Assembly (NCBI GenBank): GCA_963695545.1
Contig: OY968796.1
Coordinates: forward strand, 3,680,001 to 3,744,000
Origin: Terriglobia bacterium
Lineage (GTDB): Bacteria > Acidobacteriota > Terriglobia > Acidiferrales > UBA7541
Reading direction: 5' to 3'
Length of the DNA stretch: 64,000 nt
Position numbers and translations under genes: made by a program. Shown in pieces: positions 20,040-30,520 of the stretch (position 1 is its first letter; every line of letters starts with the position of its first letter). The notes beneath the pieces were generated by a model that saw only the letters and a list, made by a program, of their open reading frames with translations, was not told the origin of the DNA and ran no database searches.

Positions 20040-21173
20040 TTAGCGCAACACGTGGCGGATTGCGAAGGCCACGCACAACATCAGGACGGCGGACGCGGGG
20101 ATAACGAGTAAGGCTTTCTTTAGGCGGCGCGGGTCGCGGCCGGCGATCAGGCCGATGACGCGCGAACTGACGGCGAGGCCGGTCCAGCCGCAGGTGATCA
20201 CGAAACCGATCGCGGTGCCGCTCATGCGCGGGAAGGTGTCGCCGACGATGGCCAAAGTGGTGGGAAAAACCGGCGCCATGGCGAGGCCCGCGAGAAAAAC
20301 GAGGGCGCCGGCGGCGGCAGCGCCGTTCGTGCGCAACATCAAGAACGTGGTAACCGCCATGGCTGCCGATGCGATCAGCATCACAGTGATCGCGGGCACG
20401 CGGATCAGAATCGGCGAAACGCCGACGCGGCCAATCAGCAGGCCGAGCGCGAATCCGAGCGAAAGAATGTTCAGCGCGCGCGATTCGGGAATGCCCTGCG
20501 CGATCAAATGGCGCGGCAACCAGTTCCAGATGCCGACCTCGCAACCGACGTAGAGAAAAAGGAAGAGGCTGAGCAGAAATAGGAGCGGGCGCGCGAGCAC
20601 CGGAGTGGCGTCGGCGAGCGAGAAACGTTCGGCGCCGGTGGGGCCGGGCATTTTTGTGGCGGCCTCGATTGCGAGCGTGACGACGGTGAGCGACGCGATG
20701 GTGTAGCACAGCCGCACCCAGTTGCGCCCGAAAAGATTTGCGGCGATGAACGGCGTGGTGAGTCCGCCGAGTCCGAAAAAGAGATTGACCAGGTTCAGCG
20801 CGGTGGCGCGATGAGCTTCGCTGACGTCGCTGACCAGAGCGTTCGCGCCGGTGACCACGATGCCGCCGCCGACTCCGAGAAGGAAAAGCGTGAACAAAAT
20901 ACTCCGGAAGCCCGCGGATCGCGGCAGCATGAACAGCGCGATGGAAATGAACGCGAGACCAAGGATCAGGCCGATCTTTTTGCCTTCGTTATCGAGCAGC
21001 GGGCCGACGCCGACGGAAGCGATGATGAGACCGAGCGCTTGCGCGAACGCGATGGTGCCATTCTGGCGTGGAGACAAGTGGAAACGATCCGAAAGGTCAG
21101 GCAGGATTGTGCCGAGCATGGCAGCGATCATGCCGTAGACGAAAATGGCCACGATCGCGGAGAGAATCAGCAC
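20040..21173 (-). CDS. MFS transporter
   Basis: About 12 hydrophobic segments; LYVGCEVG and APVFPT resemble FucP/TsgA-like MFS motifs. Confidence 0.88.
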   Translation of the reverse strand: MLILSAIVAIFVYGMIAAMLGTILPDLSDRFHLSPRQNGTIAFAQALGLIIASVGVGPLLDNEGKKIGLILGLAFISIALFMLPRSAGFRSILFTLFLLGVGGGIVVTGANALVSDVSEAHRATALNLVNLFFGLGGLTTPFIAANLFGRNWVRLCYTIASLTVVTLAIEAATKMPGPTGAERFSLADATPVLARPLLFLLSLFLFLYVGCEVGIWNWLPRHLIAQGIPESRALNILSLGFALGLLIGRVGVSPILIRVPAITVMLIASAAMAVTTFLMLRTNGAAAAGALVFLAGLAMAPVFPTTLAIVGDTFPRMSGTAIGFVITCGWTGLAVSSRVIGLIAGRDPRRLKKALLVIPASAVLMLCVAFAIRHVLR

Positions 21174-21206
21174 GCGACGACTCTTCTTCGGATTGCTGAG
21201 CTTGCG

Positions 21207-22082
21207 TTAATGTGCGAGAGCCTGCTGAATGCCCAGCCGCGACGCTCTGAGTGAACCGGTGGGATCCGAGGTCGGATAATATTCCATGGCCATGAATTTG
21301 TCGTAATTTAGTTCGGCGAGTTTGCGGTAGATATTGGCGTAGTCGATTTCGCCGGTTCCCGGCTCGTGACGGCCGGGAACATCGGCAATGTGAATCAATC
21401 CCACCAAGCCGATATTGTTTTCCAACTTTTCGATCAGATTACCGTACGAGCGCTGCTCATGATAAATGTCGTACAACACTTTGAGATTTGGGCTTCCCGC
21501 CGCGCGAACGATGTCGAAACCGTCGGTGACCGTACTGAGATAGATTGTCGGATTTTCAAGAAGATCGATCGGCTCAATCACGATCTCGATGTTGTCTTTG
21601 GCGACGGAATCGGCGGCGCGCTTCAGATTGTCAATCGCGGTCAGACGCTGCACATCCGGGCTGACGCCTTCGACGCGCTTGCCGGAGAGCAGAATGATCT
21701 TGGAACACTCGAGCTTCTTCGCCCAGGTGGCTTGCGCCGCGAACTGCGTTGCGAAATCCGCTGACTGATCGGGGACGGCGAAGCCGGCTTTCACGCCGCT
21801 CATGGCGTCGAAGATCATGCCGAGCGCACGCATGCGGGCCATGATGCGGGTGGTATCCGCGTCCGACCAGTTGTAGAACTCGCCGACGAGCTCTACTCCC
21901 TGGTATCCCGCGGCGCCGACGATTTCGATGCACTGATCGAACGGAGCCTGCTTTTCGAGCGCCCAGAGCATGAACGACAGGCGCGAGCCAACCGAAGAGG
22001 GCGTGGATTGAGGAGCGCCGCGCAAAAGCGTGTGGCCTATGGCTGCGGCGATGGAGAGCTGGCTAAACTCGCGACGATTCAT
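21207..22082 (-). CDS. Tat-exported hydroxypyruvate-isomerase-like TIM barrel
   Basis: NRREF signal; IEPI, YDIYHEQ, HIADVPGRHEPGTGEIDY and MEY. Confidence 0.85.
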   Translation of the reverse strand: MNRREFSQLSIAAAIGHTLLRGAPQSTPSSVGSRLSFMLWALEKQAPFDQCIEIVGAAGYQGVELVGEFYNWSDADTTRIMARMRALGMIFDAMSGVKAGFAVPDQSADFATQFAAQATWAKKLECSKIILLSGKRVEGVSPDVQRLTAIDNLKRAADSVAKDNIEIVIEPIDLLENPTIYLSTVTDGFDIVRAAGSPNLKVLYDIYHEQRSYGNLIEKLENNIGLVGLIHIADVPGRHEPGTGEIDYANIYRKLAELNYDKFMAMEYYPTSDPTGSLRASRLGIQQALAH

Positions 22083-22096
22083 AAGGCGCCTCGCGT

Positions 22097-22981
22097 TCAG
22101 AGTTGGAGCAGGTAGTCGTAATCGACTTTGGCGGCTTCGAGCGATGTCATGTCCGGAAACGGCGGCTCCTGCTCGACGTAGTAATGCACGACGTCCGTTT
22201 TGGCCGCGGCAGCGAAGATCGGTTTGTAATCGATGTAGCCGCGGCCCAATTCTGTGCCTTGAGGACGATCAATCGTGAGCGAAGTGCTGATTTTGCTGCC
22301 CGCGACAAAATCCTTGATGTGCAGCATTTTGTATCGATGCGGATACTTTTGGAAATATTCAACGGGGTTGTGTCCCGCGGCGACCATCCATCCGCAATCG
22401 AGCTCGAAATCGACGAGGGAGGGATCGGTTTCGGCGAGCAGCGTGTCGTAGCCGAATTTGCCGTCGGCAAAAGGGCGAAATTCAAAGTTGTGGTTGTGAT
22501 ACGCGTACTGCAAGCCGGCTTGCTTGGCCCTTTGTCCGATATCGTTGAGGAGCGCGGCCAGTTTCTTAAAGTCGTCGAGCGACGGAGGAGAGCTCGCGGT
22601 CGAAGGAAAAATCGCAGAACATACGGCGAAGTGGGCGCCGACTGCGTGCGCGTCGTCGAAAACGGGGCCTAGATCGGGAGTATTCATTTGAAGATGGGCG
22701 CTATAGCAGATGAGGCCCGCGGCGTCGAGCGCGGCGCGGAATTGCTTCCCAGTGAGCCCGGCGAAACCAGCCGTTTCCACGCTTCTATATCCGATCGTGT
22801 TGAGCTGAGTTAGCGTGCCGCTGACATCTTTCTGAAGTGCGTCACCGACGGTGTAGAGTTGCAAACCGATCGGCTGTCCCAAGGGCGTGGCCGAGGCCGG
22901 CCGGGCGAGCGAAGTTGCCGCCAGAGTGGCCGCGGCTACTGTTCCTCGTTGCAAAAATTGGCGTCGGGATATTGGGCGCAT
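22097..22981 (-). CDS. Tat-exported sugar-phosphate isomerase/epimerase (TIM barrel)
   Basis: SRRQFL signal; GLQLYTV, YHNHNFEF, ELDCGW, HIKD and VEQE. Confidence 0.85.
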   Translation of the reverse strand: MRPISRRQFLQRGTVAAATLAATSLARPASATPLGQPIGLQLYTVGDALQKDVSGTLTQLNTIGYRSVETAGFAGLTGKQFRAALDAAGLICYSAHLQMNTPDLGPVFDDAHAVGAHFAVCSAIFPSTASSPPSLDDFKKLAALLNDIGQRAKQAGLQYAYHNHNFEFRPFADGKFGYDTLLAETDPSLVDFELDCGWMVAAGHNPVEYFQKYPHRYKMLHIKDFVAGSKISTSLTIDRPQGTELGRGYIDYKPIFAAAAKTDVVHYYVEQEPPFPDMTSLEAAKVDYDYLLQL

Positions 22982-23056
22982 CGATTCTTCCTTAGCGCGT
23001 ACCACAATACGCTCCCGCGCAGAGCGCGCATCACACGGAAGTCGGAGTGCGAGAAA

Positions 23057-23986
23057 CTACCAAGCGTCCGATGGGCTTGGCTGCGTTCCGGTGTAGGGCG
23101 AACAGCACGGCGTCTTCACCGGCAGGAATTCCATGAATTCGATGCGCGTTCCGTCGGGATCGTGCAAGGGCAATTGCAATTTTCCATCGACCCCAAGCCT
23201 CTTTGGATCCGTGTCGTCAGGGGCTTTCCAGCCGCGCTGTTCCAATTTCGCCTGGAGATCGGCGACGCTCGCGACGCCGGGCGAGGAGTGATTGGCGCTG
23301 CCGAGCTGCGCACGCGAAGGATCGGCCGGCAGATAAAGCATGTATTCGATCCAGTCGGTTCCGTCGGGCACCTGCATCATCACCCAGTCGATGTCGCCCT
23401 CCTTTGCGCCGCCTTGCCAGTACAAGTGGAAGCCGAGGAGGTCCCTATAGAAATGATCGAGCAGGGCGCGGTTACGCACCACGTAACCAGCGTGAATGAT
23501 GTGCGTGCTCAATCGCTGTGACGCGGACGCGGGCATTGGCAGCGAGTGGTCACCCAGCTGCGTAAACTCGACTTTGTTTCCCTCCGGATCGTGAACGAGA
23601 AAACTGCGGCTTCCATCTTGCTCCACTGTTACCGCATCTGGCACTGTGACGCCGTTCGCGCCAAGAAATTTTCGCAGGGACTCCGCATCGCTGGTAGAAA
23701 AGGCCACGAGATCAAAACGATCGTCCATTCCCGCTTGGGGAGGAGAAAGCAGCTCGATGTACTGCGCGTGATTCACGTAAAAACGAATGCCGGAGGGAGC
23801 CCCCGTTGGCGGCTGCGGATCCCAGCCGAGCAGCGTTGCGTAAAATTCTCGCGACTTCGCGATATCATCCGCGTAGAGCGTGACGTGCGAGATGCCAGTT
23901 ATGGCCGGGCGTGGCGCGGAAGTCTGCTGCGCGAGAGCTACGCCTGGGAGAATAAACGCGAGAGCGAGGACGATGTACTTGGACAT
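23057..23986 (-). CDS. secreted two-domain VOC/glyoxalase-family protein
   Basis: Signal peptide; ISHVTL..FY..LLG, DPEGNKVEF, IIHAG and DPDGTRIEF. Confidence 0.82.
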   Translation of the reverse strand: MSKYIVLALAFILPGVALAQQTSAPRPAITGISHVTLYADDIAKSREFYATLLGWDPQPPTGAPSGIRFYVNHAQYIELLSPPQAGMDDRFDLVAFSTSDAESLRKFLGANGVTVPDAVTVEQDGSRSFLVHDPEGNKVEFTQLGDHSLPMPASASQRLSTHIIHAGYVVRNRALLDHFYRDLLGFHLYWQGGAKEGDIDWVMMQVPDGTDWIEYMLYLPADPSRAQLGSANHSSPGVASVADLQAKLEQRGWKAPDDTDPKRLGVDGKLQLPLHDPDGTRIEFMEFLPVKTPCCSPYTGTQPSPSDAW

Positions 23987-24070
23987 TGGAATCGACTCCT
24001 GACTAGCCGGAGCACTTGTATCAGTTTTCCGTAAGGACGTCACGAGACCAGAGGCGAAAAACTGACGTTC

Positions 24071-25294
24071 TCATTCCACTGCGACAACCACGAGCGTGAA
24101 GTCGTCGTGGAAGTTTCCGTTGCAGAAGCTGACCACGTCTTTCTTGATTGCGGCGAGCATTTCAGCGGCGCTCAGCGCAGTGTTTCGACTTCCCAGCTCG
24201 AGCAGTCTTCGTTCTCCAAATTCCTGTTCGTCCGGATCCATCGCTTCGGTCAGGCCGTCGGTATAAAGCACAAGTCGATCTCCCCTGTTCAACTGAATTC
24301 CGGCTTCGCCGTAACTCCGGTTTGGAAAGATCCCCAGGGGCGCTCCTCCTTCTCTCAATGGAAACGCCTCACCGGATTCGTGGAACAGAATGGGCGGGCA
24401 GTGACCGGCGGTTGAGTAGGTCAACCTATTGTCGGCGGTATCGATTGTGCAGTAGCAGAAGGTGACGAACTTATCGAGAGCGATGTTATTGGATATCACT
24501 TCATTCAGCTTGCTCACGAGAGTGCCTGGCGAGACCGTTTCCGAGGCGAAGGCCCGAAAGCTGGCCTGCAGGTTGGCCATCAACAGCGCAGCGCTAATGC
24601 CTTTGCCGACCACATCACCGATGCAGACCCCAATCTTTTTCTCACTAAATTTCAGCACATCGAAATAATCCCCACCAACGACGCGCGCAGGTTGCCACGC
24701 TCCGGCAATTTCCAGTCCTCTCACCTGGGGAATCTTCTTGGGTAAGAGCCCTTCCTGAATCTCTCGCGCCTTGTCCAGCTCCTGCCCTTGCTGCAGCGAT
24801 AGCGTGTTTCCGATTTCGACGGCGCGTTGGAGCGCGAGATTCTTGCGCTCGAGGCGGCCGCGCGTTTGTTCATACAAGTGGCGGGCGCTCCCCACGATCA
24901 AAATAACCACGACGATGAGTTTGCCGCTGCTCCAAAGCTGTGCGAAGAACGCGCCAAAGTGAGCTCGATCCAACACCCCCGCGATGATCGTGACCGTCAG
25001 CACGACGCTGGCACTGGCCACCAGGAGTAACGCTATGAGGAACGCGATCCAGTCAAAGGGAAAGCGGAAGCGCGACCACAATGGAGCAAGATGATTCATG
25101 ATCGGAGTGGTCAAATTACCGATGACGAGAGTGTAGAGGAGTATGGTGACGAAGCCGGCGCCCGGGCCGCGCACGTTCGTGCCCCACAGAATCGCGAACA
25201 ACGCGCCCGCGACCACGAACAAGAAGCCCTGCCTTGAGAAAAACGCGCGCGCGCGATCGGAGCGAGATAGGAAGTGCGTGATGGAAAACGCCAT
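24071..25294 (-). CDS. membrane-bound SpoIIE/RsbU-type PP2C phosphatase
   Basis: N-terminal TM helices; AREIQEGLLP, VGGDYFD, GDVVGKG, YTDGLTEA and DDFTL. Confidence 0.9.
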   Translation of the reverse strand: MAFSITHFLSRSDRARAFFSRQGFLFVVAGALFAILWGTNVRGPGAGFVTILLYTLVIGNLTTPIMNHLAPLWSRFRFPFDWIAFLIALLLVASASVVLTVTIIAGVLDRAHFGAFFAQLWSSGKLIVVVILIVGSARHLYEQTRGRLERKNLALQRAVEIGNTLSLQQGQELDKAREIQEGLLPKKIPQVRGLEIAGAWQPARVVGGDYFDVLKFSEKKIGVCIGDVVGKGISAALLMANLQASFRAFASETVSPGTLVSKLNEVISNNIALDKFVTFCYCTIDTADNRLTYSTAGHCPPILFHESGEAFPLREGGAPLGIFPNRSYGEAGIQLNRGDRLVLYTDGLTEAMDPDEQEFGERRLLELGSRNTALSAAEMLAAIKKDVVSFCNGNFHDDFTLVVVAVE

Positions 25295-25534
25295 CAGTCT
25301 TTAGCCAGGTGCGACCGTGTGGGACCGGGATCGCGAGGCATGTTATGCGGTAGCAAAATGCAAGTCAACGCGGGAGCACCAGACGCACTTTCGATAGCAA
25401 TTCTTCGCAGGATGCGCCGCGAATCGGAGAAACCGCCACCGCGCGATGAGTTCTGAATACGAATCCGGTTCAGCAAAAAACAAAAGCGCGCCGAGCAGCG
25501 ATTGCTCCCCGGCGCGTCTTGTGCGGAGGCGAGT

Positions 25535-27256
25535 CTACTGGTCGGCTTCAACCTTTTTTAGCGTGGGTTTCGCGATCTGCCAGATCAAGCCGGAATCGGC
25601 GGCGGCGTGCGGGAAAAACTGCGCCGATTTCTTGTCCGAGGGCAGCAGCACGATGTCCACGCGCCGATTGTTGGCGTACCAATCGCCGGTCTTGTTGTGC
25701 AGACGCGCTTTTGGCGGAGGTTGCGGGTTCGAACTCTCGAATTCCATGACGTCGGACTTCGAGAGCTGATCGTCCTTGCCGTGCGCCGCCGTGGCGATCT
25801 TGTCCGCGGAGATTCCCTGGTCGACCAAATACTGCTTGATGACCTCCACGCGGCGCTCGCTCAGCTCCTGGTTGAAGGCCTTCGAGCCACGCGCGTCGGC
25901 GTAAGCGTCGAGGGAAAGAGTCGCGGACGGATCGTATTCGAGGTACTTCTTGAATCCGGTGGCGAGGTCCGCGAGCGTGGCTTCCTGACTCTTCACCAGC
26001 CCGACTTGCGGATGCTTCTTATCCGGATAATCCGTGGGATAGAAGACGCTTTGCAGAGTGACTGTCGGAATCGGCTCGACGCTGCCCGTGATGTGAAGTG
26101 CAGCCGTCGCGGTGGCACTGCCGCCGCAGACATTAGTTGCGTTCAGAGTGTAGGTGGTGGTCTCGTCGACGGTGCGGGCCGGCTGGCCTTCGGGAACCTC
26201 GGAGGTGTCCTTCGGCTCGGGCTTCAGCGCCTGGCTGCCGCTTGGATCAACTTTGCCGATCGGGTCGATCGAGACGCTGTCCGCGTTCGAGGTCTGCCAG
26301 GTCAGCGTCGAGGAATCCTGGGTGATCACTTTGTCGCCGATTTTGCGGTAGTGCACTTCCGCCGGGTTCAGCGAAAGGCTCGCCACCACCGCCGTGTTGA
26401 CGTTTACCGTTCCGGTGCCCTTCACGATTCCGCCAGGACCATCGGCTTCGAAATTGTAGATGGTGGTCTGGTGTGGCGTGACGCTCTGGCTGCCGCTCAA
26501 CGCGACCGGGCCAATTCCACTGATGCTCGCATCGATGGCTTCGGTTGATTGCCACGTCAGCGTGGAGGACTGGCCGCAGTTGATATCGGTTGGCGCTGCC
26601 GAAAAGCTTCCGGTGACGCCCGCGACGGCGATGCGATCGCTGATCCAACCACCGGTGTAGCGGGGGATATTGCTGAGTTTGGAGAGCTGATCCTTGGCCT
26701 GGGTTGTTTGAGCGCCGTTTTTCGAGAGGTCGATCGTGACCCTCTGATTTGCGGTGACGGTGACGTCGCTGGTCCACGAATCCGTACCGTTCCGCGTAAC
26801 GTCCACGTGGTAGATTCCGGGCGGAACGAGCAAATTTCTGTGCCACCACCAGTCGTGGTTCGCCGCCCCCACGTTCGCCGTAAAATAAAAAGGCGACTTC
26901 CCGTTCAGCAGCACCGCCGAATGGCTGTCACCACCCTTGAATTCAATCTGGCCAAACGGCCCGCTGACCGGACCGCCCGAGGCATCGAGCGTGACCGCCA
27001 GATTCGTGGTCTTACCGGCATCGATATTTACATCCTGCGTCGAAGCCTTGTAGCCGTAATTCATCACGGCAACCGTGTGCTTCCCGGAGCTGAGCGGAAT
27101 GGTCTCGCTGCCTTCGCGAATGGCTTTTCCGTCGACAAAAAGGTACGAGTGTTTCGGCACCACCTTGATCTTTAGCTTTCCATCCTGCGCGAGGCCGGAC
27201 GTGGCGGTCAGCGCAAGGACCGTCACGAGGATGAAGAGATACCCAAGTCGTCGCAT
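25535..27256 (-). CDS. exported PEGA/Ig-like repeat protein with a C-terminal OmpA domain
   Basis: AGGAGA RBS and signal peptide; PEGA-like N-terminus; two STLTW repeats; ADARGS..FNQELSERR and NNRRVDI. Confidence 0.85.
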   Translation of the reverse strand: MRRLGYLFILVTVLALTATSGLAQDGKLKIKVVPKHSYLFVDGKAIREGSETIPLSSGKHTVAVMNYGYKASTQDVNIDAGKTTNLAVTLDASGGPVSGPFGQIEFKGGDSHSAVLLNGKSPFYFTANVGAANHDWWWHRNLLVPPGIYHVDVTRNGTDSWTSDVTVTANQRVTIDLSKNGAQTTQAKDQLSKLSNIPRYTGGWISDRIAVAGVTGSFSAAPTDINCGQSSTLTWQSTEAIDASISGIGPVALSGSQSVTPHQTTIYNFEADGPGGIVKGTGTVNVNTAVVASLSLNPAEVHYRKIGDKVITQDSSTLTWQTSNADSVSIDPIGKVDPSGSQALKPEPKDTSEVPEGQPARTVDETTTYTLNATNVCGGSATATAALHITGSVEPIPTVTLQSVFYPTDYPDKKHPQVGLVKSQEATLADLATGFKKYLEYDPSATLSLDAYADARGSKAFNQELSERRVEVIKQYLVDQGISADKIATAAHGKDDQLSKSDVMEFESSNPQPPPKARLHNKTGDWYANNRRVDIVLLPSDKKSAQFFPHAAADSGLIWQIAKPTLKKVEADQ

Positions 27257-27648
27257 CGATGTGTCTCCTGTGAGGTGAATTCCCATTTTAGAACTTCCAG
27301 CCAAGCCAGCGCCGTACATCGGCGGTCGTTCAGGCCTTTCCAAGCATTCCAACCATAGGCTTTACCAGCGCCTAGAGTCTGTTCAGTTCGGTACAGCACC
27401 ATTTAGATGCTCGCGGCGGGGCAAGTTGCGTCCTGATAAGTGGGATTCCCGAACGTCGCCGCTTTTGGGACGAATCGAGGCTGGGGGACAGATTGTAGCG
27501 GATTGTCGGTAAATCGGAAACATGGGATGACCGTTCCCGAAAAATCGAGCCTGGGCGTTTTGAGGGAGCGACTGAGGCGGCACGATTTGCGGTAAGCAAA
27601 GAGAGCTCTTAGCAAATCCAGCCGCCGTTGGCGCGACGGAGGAACACG

Positions 27649-27677
27649 TTGACACAGTGGGGATAAAACGCTATATA
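27649..27677 (+). promoter_or_regulatory. sigma70-like promoter upstream of the protease-FHA operon
   Basis: TTGACA-N17-TATATA. Confidence 0.5.
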
Positions 27678-28074
27678 GCCTCATCGCGCGATGAGCTTTT
27701 GGCGTGGCCCAAGCCCGGAGCAAACTAATTTTTTCATCGTGACGGGGCCGGGCGGTTCCGCCGAGTTAAGTATTTGATGCGCTTCCGACTTTCGCGTTAG
27801 GGAGTCGGGACCAGGATGGCCGCGTTGAGTTTTTCGGTGTGGATCGAGGCTGTGCGAGTCGGTAGACCGCGCGATGTCAGCTATGTGTTAGGCAGCGGAC
27901 GAATCTCGGCGCTGAGCGATTCGGCTCTTCACTGGAAAAATTCAAACTGGGAATTTCGAGACCGGCAATGCGAATTGCCGGCTGATTCGAGAAATGCGCT
28001 CCGCGCATAGCGGCGATCATCTGCGCAAAACGAACTGGCAACGGATTGGCAGTGAAGAAAAAGGAGCCGAGACG

Positions 28075-29925
28075 ATGACGACGAAACTCGAAGCGCAGGC
28101 ACCTAGGGCCACGCGGGTGCGCGCGCGCCGTTTGGCGCCTGTGGTGATGGGCGCGGTGATGGCGCTGGCCGGTGCGGCGCTATGGCTATCGCCGACGGTG
28201 AAGGCGCAACAGTCCACCCACCTAGACGGGCGGGAGATCTCGGAAATGTACGATCCGGGCGTGGTGATGATCGTCACGATCTTCAAATCGACGGTGTCCG
28301 TGCCGCAGTGGTCGCTTCCGGATCAGAGCATCGACGCGCTGCACAATTTCGCGGCGGCGCAGGCTAAGTCGGGCGTGATTTCGGGATCGGTTGAGGACGT
28401 GCTGCGAACGGAATTGCAAGAGATGGCGAACAATCCGACGCAATACCTCGTGCCGACCAGCAACATGATCTCAAAGGAACTGCCTGAGGCGTTTTCGGGC
28501 TCGGGCTTCATCCTGACTCCAGACGGTTACATCGTGACGAACGCGCACGTGGTGAGCATGGATCCGGACGATCTGAAGAAATTGTTCGCGACGGACTTGC
28601 TGACGCAGTTGATTCCCAACGATGTGCAGACGTTGCAGAACGACCTGAAAGTGCAGCTTTCCGATGAAGAGCAGAAGATGTTTCAGAGCGCCCTGCTCGG
28701 TTTTTACACCCACTACATGCAGATGACGGACCCGACGACTTCAGTGACGGCGCAGATCGGCATCGCGATACCTGGTCTTTCGACGCTGACCAAGCCGATC
28801 GTTTGCGATGCCCTAAAGGTCGGCGAGATCACGCCGGGCAAAGATGTGGCGGTGCTCAAGATCGAGCAAACGAATCTGCCGACGGTTCCGGTGGGAGACG
28901 ACACGAAGATGCAGGTGGGCGACAAGGTCTTCGTCATCGGCTATCCGGGCTCCGCGGAGCTCGGCCAATCGGCGATGGGCTCCGAGCCGACGCTGACATC
29001 GGGTGAAGTGAGCGCCCGACAGACCATGCCCGGCGGCTGGCAAGCGATTCAGACCGATGCCGCGATCAATCACGGCAATAGCGGCGGGCCGGCCTTCAAC
29101 GATCAGGGCCAGGTAATCGGCATCGCGACGTTCGGCGCGGACAACGCACAGAACATCAATTTCCTTGTGCCGATGAGCATCGCGAACGAGTTTCTGAATG
29201 GCCTGAACATCAAGCCTCAGGAAAGCCAGCTGTCGAGCCAATATATTCAGGCAATCAACGACTTTGAGGCCAAAGATTGCAGCAAGGCGCTGGGCGAGTT
29301 CGAGCAGATCAAGAACTTGAATCCCGGATTTCCGTACGTTCAGGACTACATCAGCCAAGCCACGAGTTGCAAGCAAGCGCAGCCGCTAATTCCGATGGAC
29401 TATTTGATCGTGGGCGGAGTGGTGCTCGCGATTGCGATCGCCATCGGAGTGTGGGCGATGGTCAGGAAAAAACCGGCGCCGGCCGTGGCGAGTGCGACCG
29501 TTAACATAGGCACGGTGGCCCTACCGGCGGGCGCCCCGCCGCCTCAGGGCTTGCCCGCGGGCGCTTATGGCGCGCCTGCCGCTGGAGGTTACGCGGCGCC
29601 GTCGGGTCCAGCGCGCAGCTATGGCAGCTTGCAAGGGGTCTCGGGCGCGACGGCTGGCAAGCGATACGAAATTACCAAGCAAGGCCTGCTGATCGGACGC
29701 GATTCGGCGAAGTGCCAGATCGTGTTGCCGGAAGACGCGGTGTCCAAGGAGCATGCTTGGGTGGTGCCTGTGGATGAAGGCGTGGTGTTGATCGACCGCG
29801 GCTCAACCAACGGCGTATTTCTGAATTCGCTCGATTCGCCGAAGGTCAGCAAGGTCGTGCTGCACCACGGCGACAAGATTTATATCGGCAAGGGCGCGGC
29901 CTGCTTCACGTATCTGAGCAGCTAA
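28075..29925 (+). CDS. trypsin-like serine protease - TM - FHA fusion protein
   Basis: Signal peptide; triad motifs TNAHVV, DVAVLK and INHGNSGGP; TM (YLIVGG...WAMV-RKK); FHA motifs IGR, VSKEHA and DRGSTNG. Confidence 0.88.
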   Translation: MTTKLEAQAPRATRVRARRLAPVVMGAVMALAGAALWLSPTVKAQQSTHLDGREISEMYDPGVVMIVTIFKSTVSVPQWSLPDQSIDALHNFAAAQAKSGVISGSVEDVLRTELQEMANNPTQYLVPTSNMISKELPEAFSGSGFILTPDGYIVTNAHVVSMDPDDLKKLFATDLLTQLIPNDVQTLQNDLKVQLSDEEQKMFQSALLGFYTHYMQMTDPTTSVTAQIGIAIPGLSTLTKPIVCDALKVGEITPGKDVAVLKIEQTNLPTVPVGDDTKMQVGDKVFVIGYPGSAELGQSAMGSEPTLTSGEVSARQTMPGGWQAIQTDAAINHGNSGGPAFNDQGQVIGIATFGADNAQNINFLVPMSIANEFLNGLNIKPQESQLSSQYIQAINDFEAKDCSKALGEFEQIKNLNPGFPYVQDYISQATSCKQAQPLIPMDYLIVGGVVLAIAIAIGVWAMVRKKPAPAVASATVNIGTVALPAGAPPPQGLPAGAYGAPAAGGYAAPSGPARSYGSLQGVSGATAGKRYEITKQGLLIGRDSAKCQIVLPEDAVSKEHAWVVPVDEGVVLIDRGSTNGVFLNSLDSPKVSKVVLHHGDKIYIGKGAACFTYLSS

Positions 29926-29979
29926 GCGCTCGCAGATTCACCAGCGGCTTGCAACATACGAAGCCACGGAGGGAATGAC

Positions 29980-30501
29980 ATGTCGAAATTCTGCGCAAAT
30001 GGACATCAGATGGAGGATTCCTGGGAAATCTGCCCGTACTGTCAGAAGACGGGCATGGATACTCCGCCGCCTGGGAAGACGCGCGTCCAGAGCGGTGACA
30101 CAGTTCTCGGCGGGCGGCCACCGGCTGCGCCCGGCGCGGGCTTTGGGGCAGGACCCGGCGGTGCGCGCAAAACCGTGGTGATCGGCGAAAAGCCGGCCGG
30201 CGCGGTGGTGGGTTGGTTCGTCGCGCTTAACGGCGGCCAGATGGGCGAGGATTTCCGCGTCCGTGACGGTCACAACGTGCTGGGCACCGGTCCCGATTGC
30301 GAAATCGTTCTGGACGACGCGACGGTTTCCGCCAAGCACGCCAGCCTGCGCCGGAAAGACGGCAAGTTCTGGCTGACCGATCTCGATTCAACCAACGGCA
30401 CCTTCGTGAACGATGGAACCGAAGCGATCGCCCGCGAAGAGATCAAGGACAACGACACGATCAAGCTGGGCAAGCTGGCGCTGAAATTCAAGTGCCTCTA
30501 G
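29980..30501 (+). CDS. FHA-domain protein with an N-terminal Cys/His cluster
   Basis: CANGH...CPYC; VSAKHA and DLDSTNGTFVN. Confidence 0.88.
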   Translation: MSKFCANGHQMEDSWEICPYCQKTGMDTPPPGKTRVQSGDTVLGGRPPAAPGAGFGAGPGGARKTVVIGEKPAGAVVGWFVALNGGQMGEDFRVRDGHNVLGTGPDCEIVLDDATVSAKHASLRRKDGKFWLTDLDSTNGTFVNDGTEAIAREEIKDNDTIKLGKLALKFKCL

Positions 30502-30520
30502 CTCTAGAACGCAGAGACCC

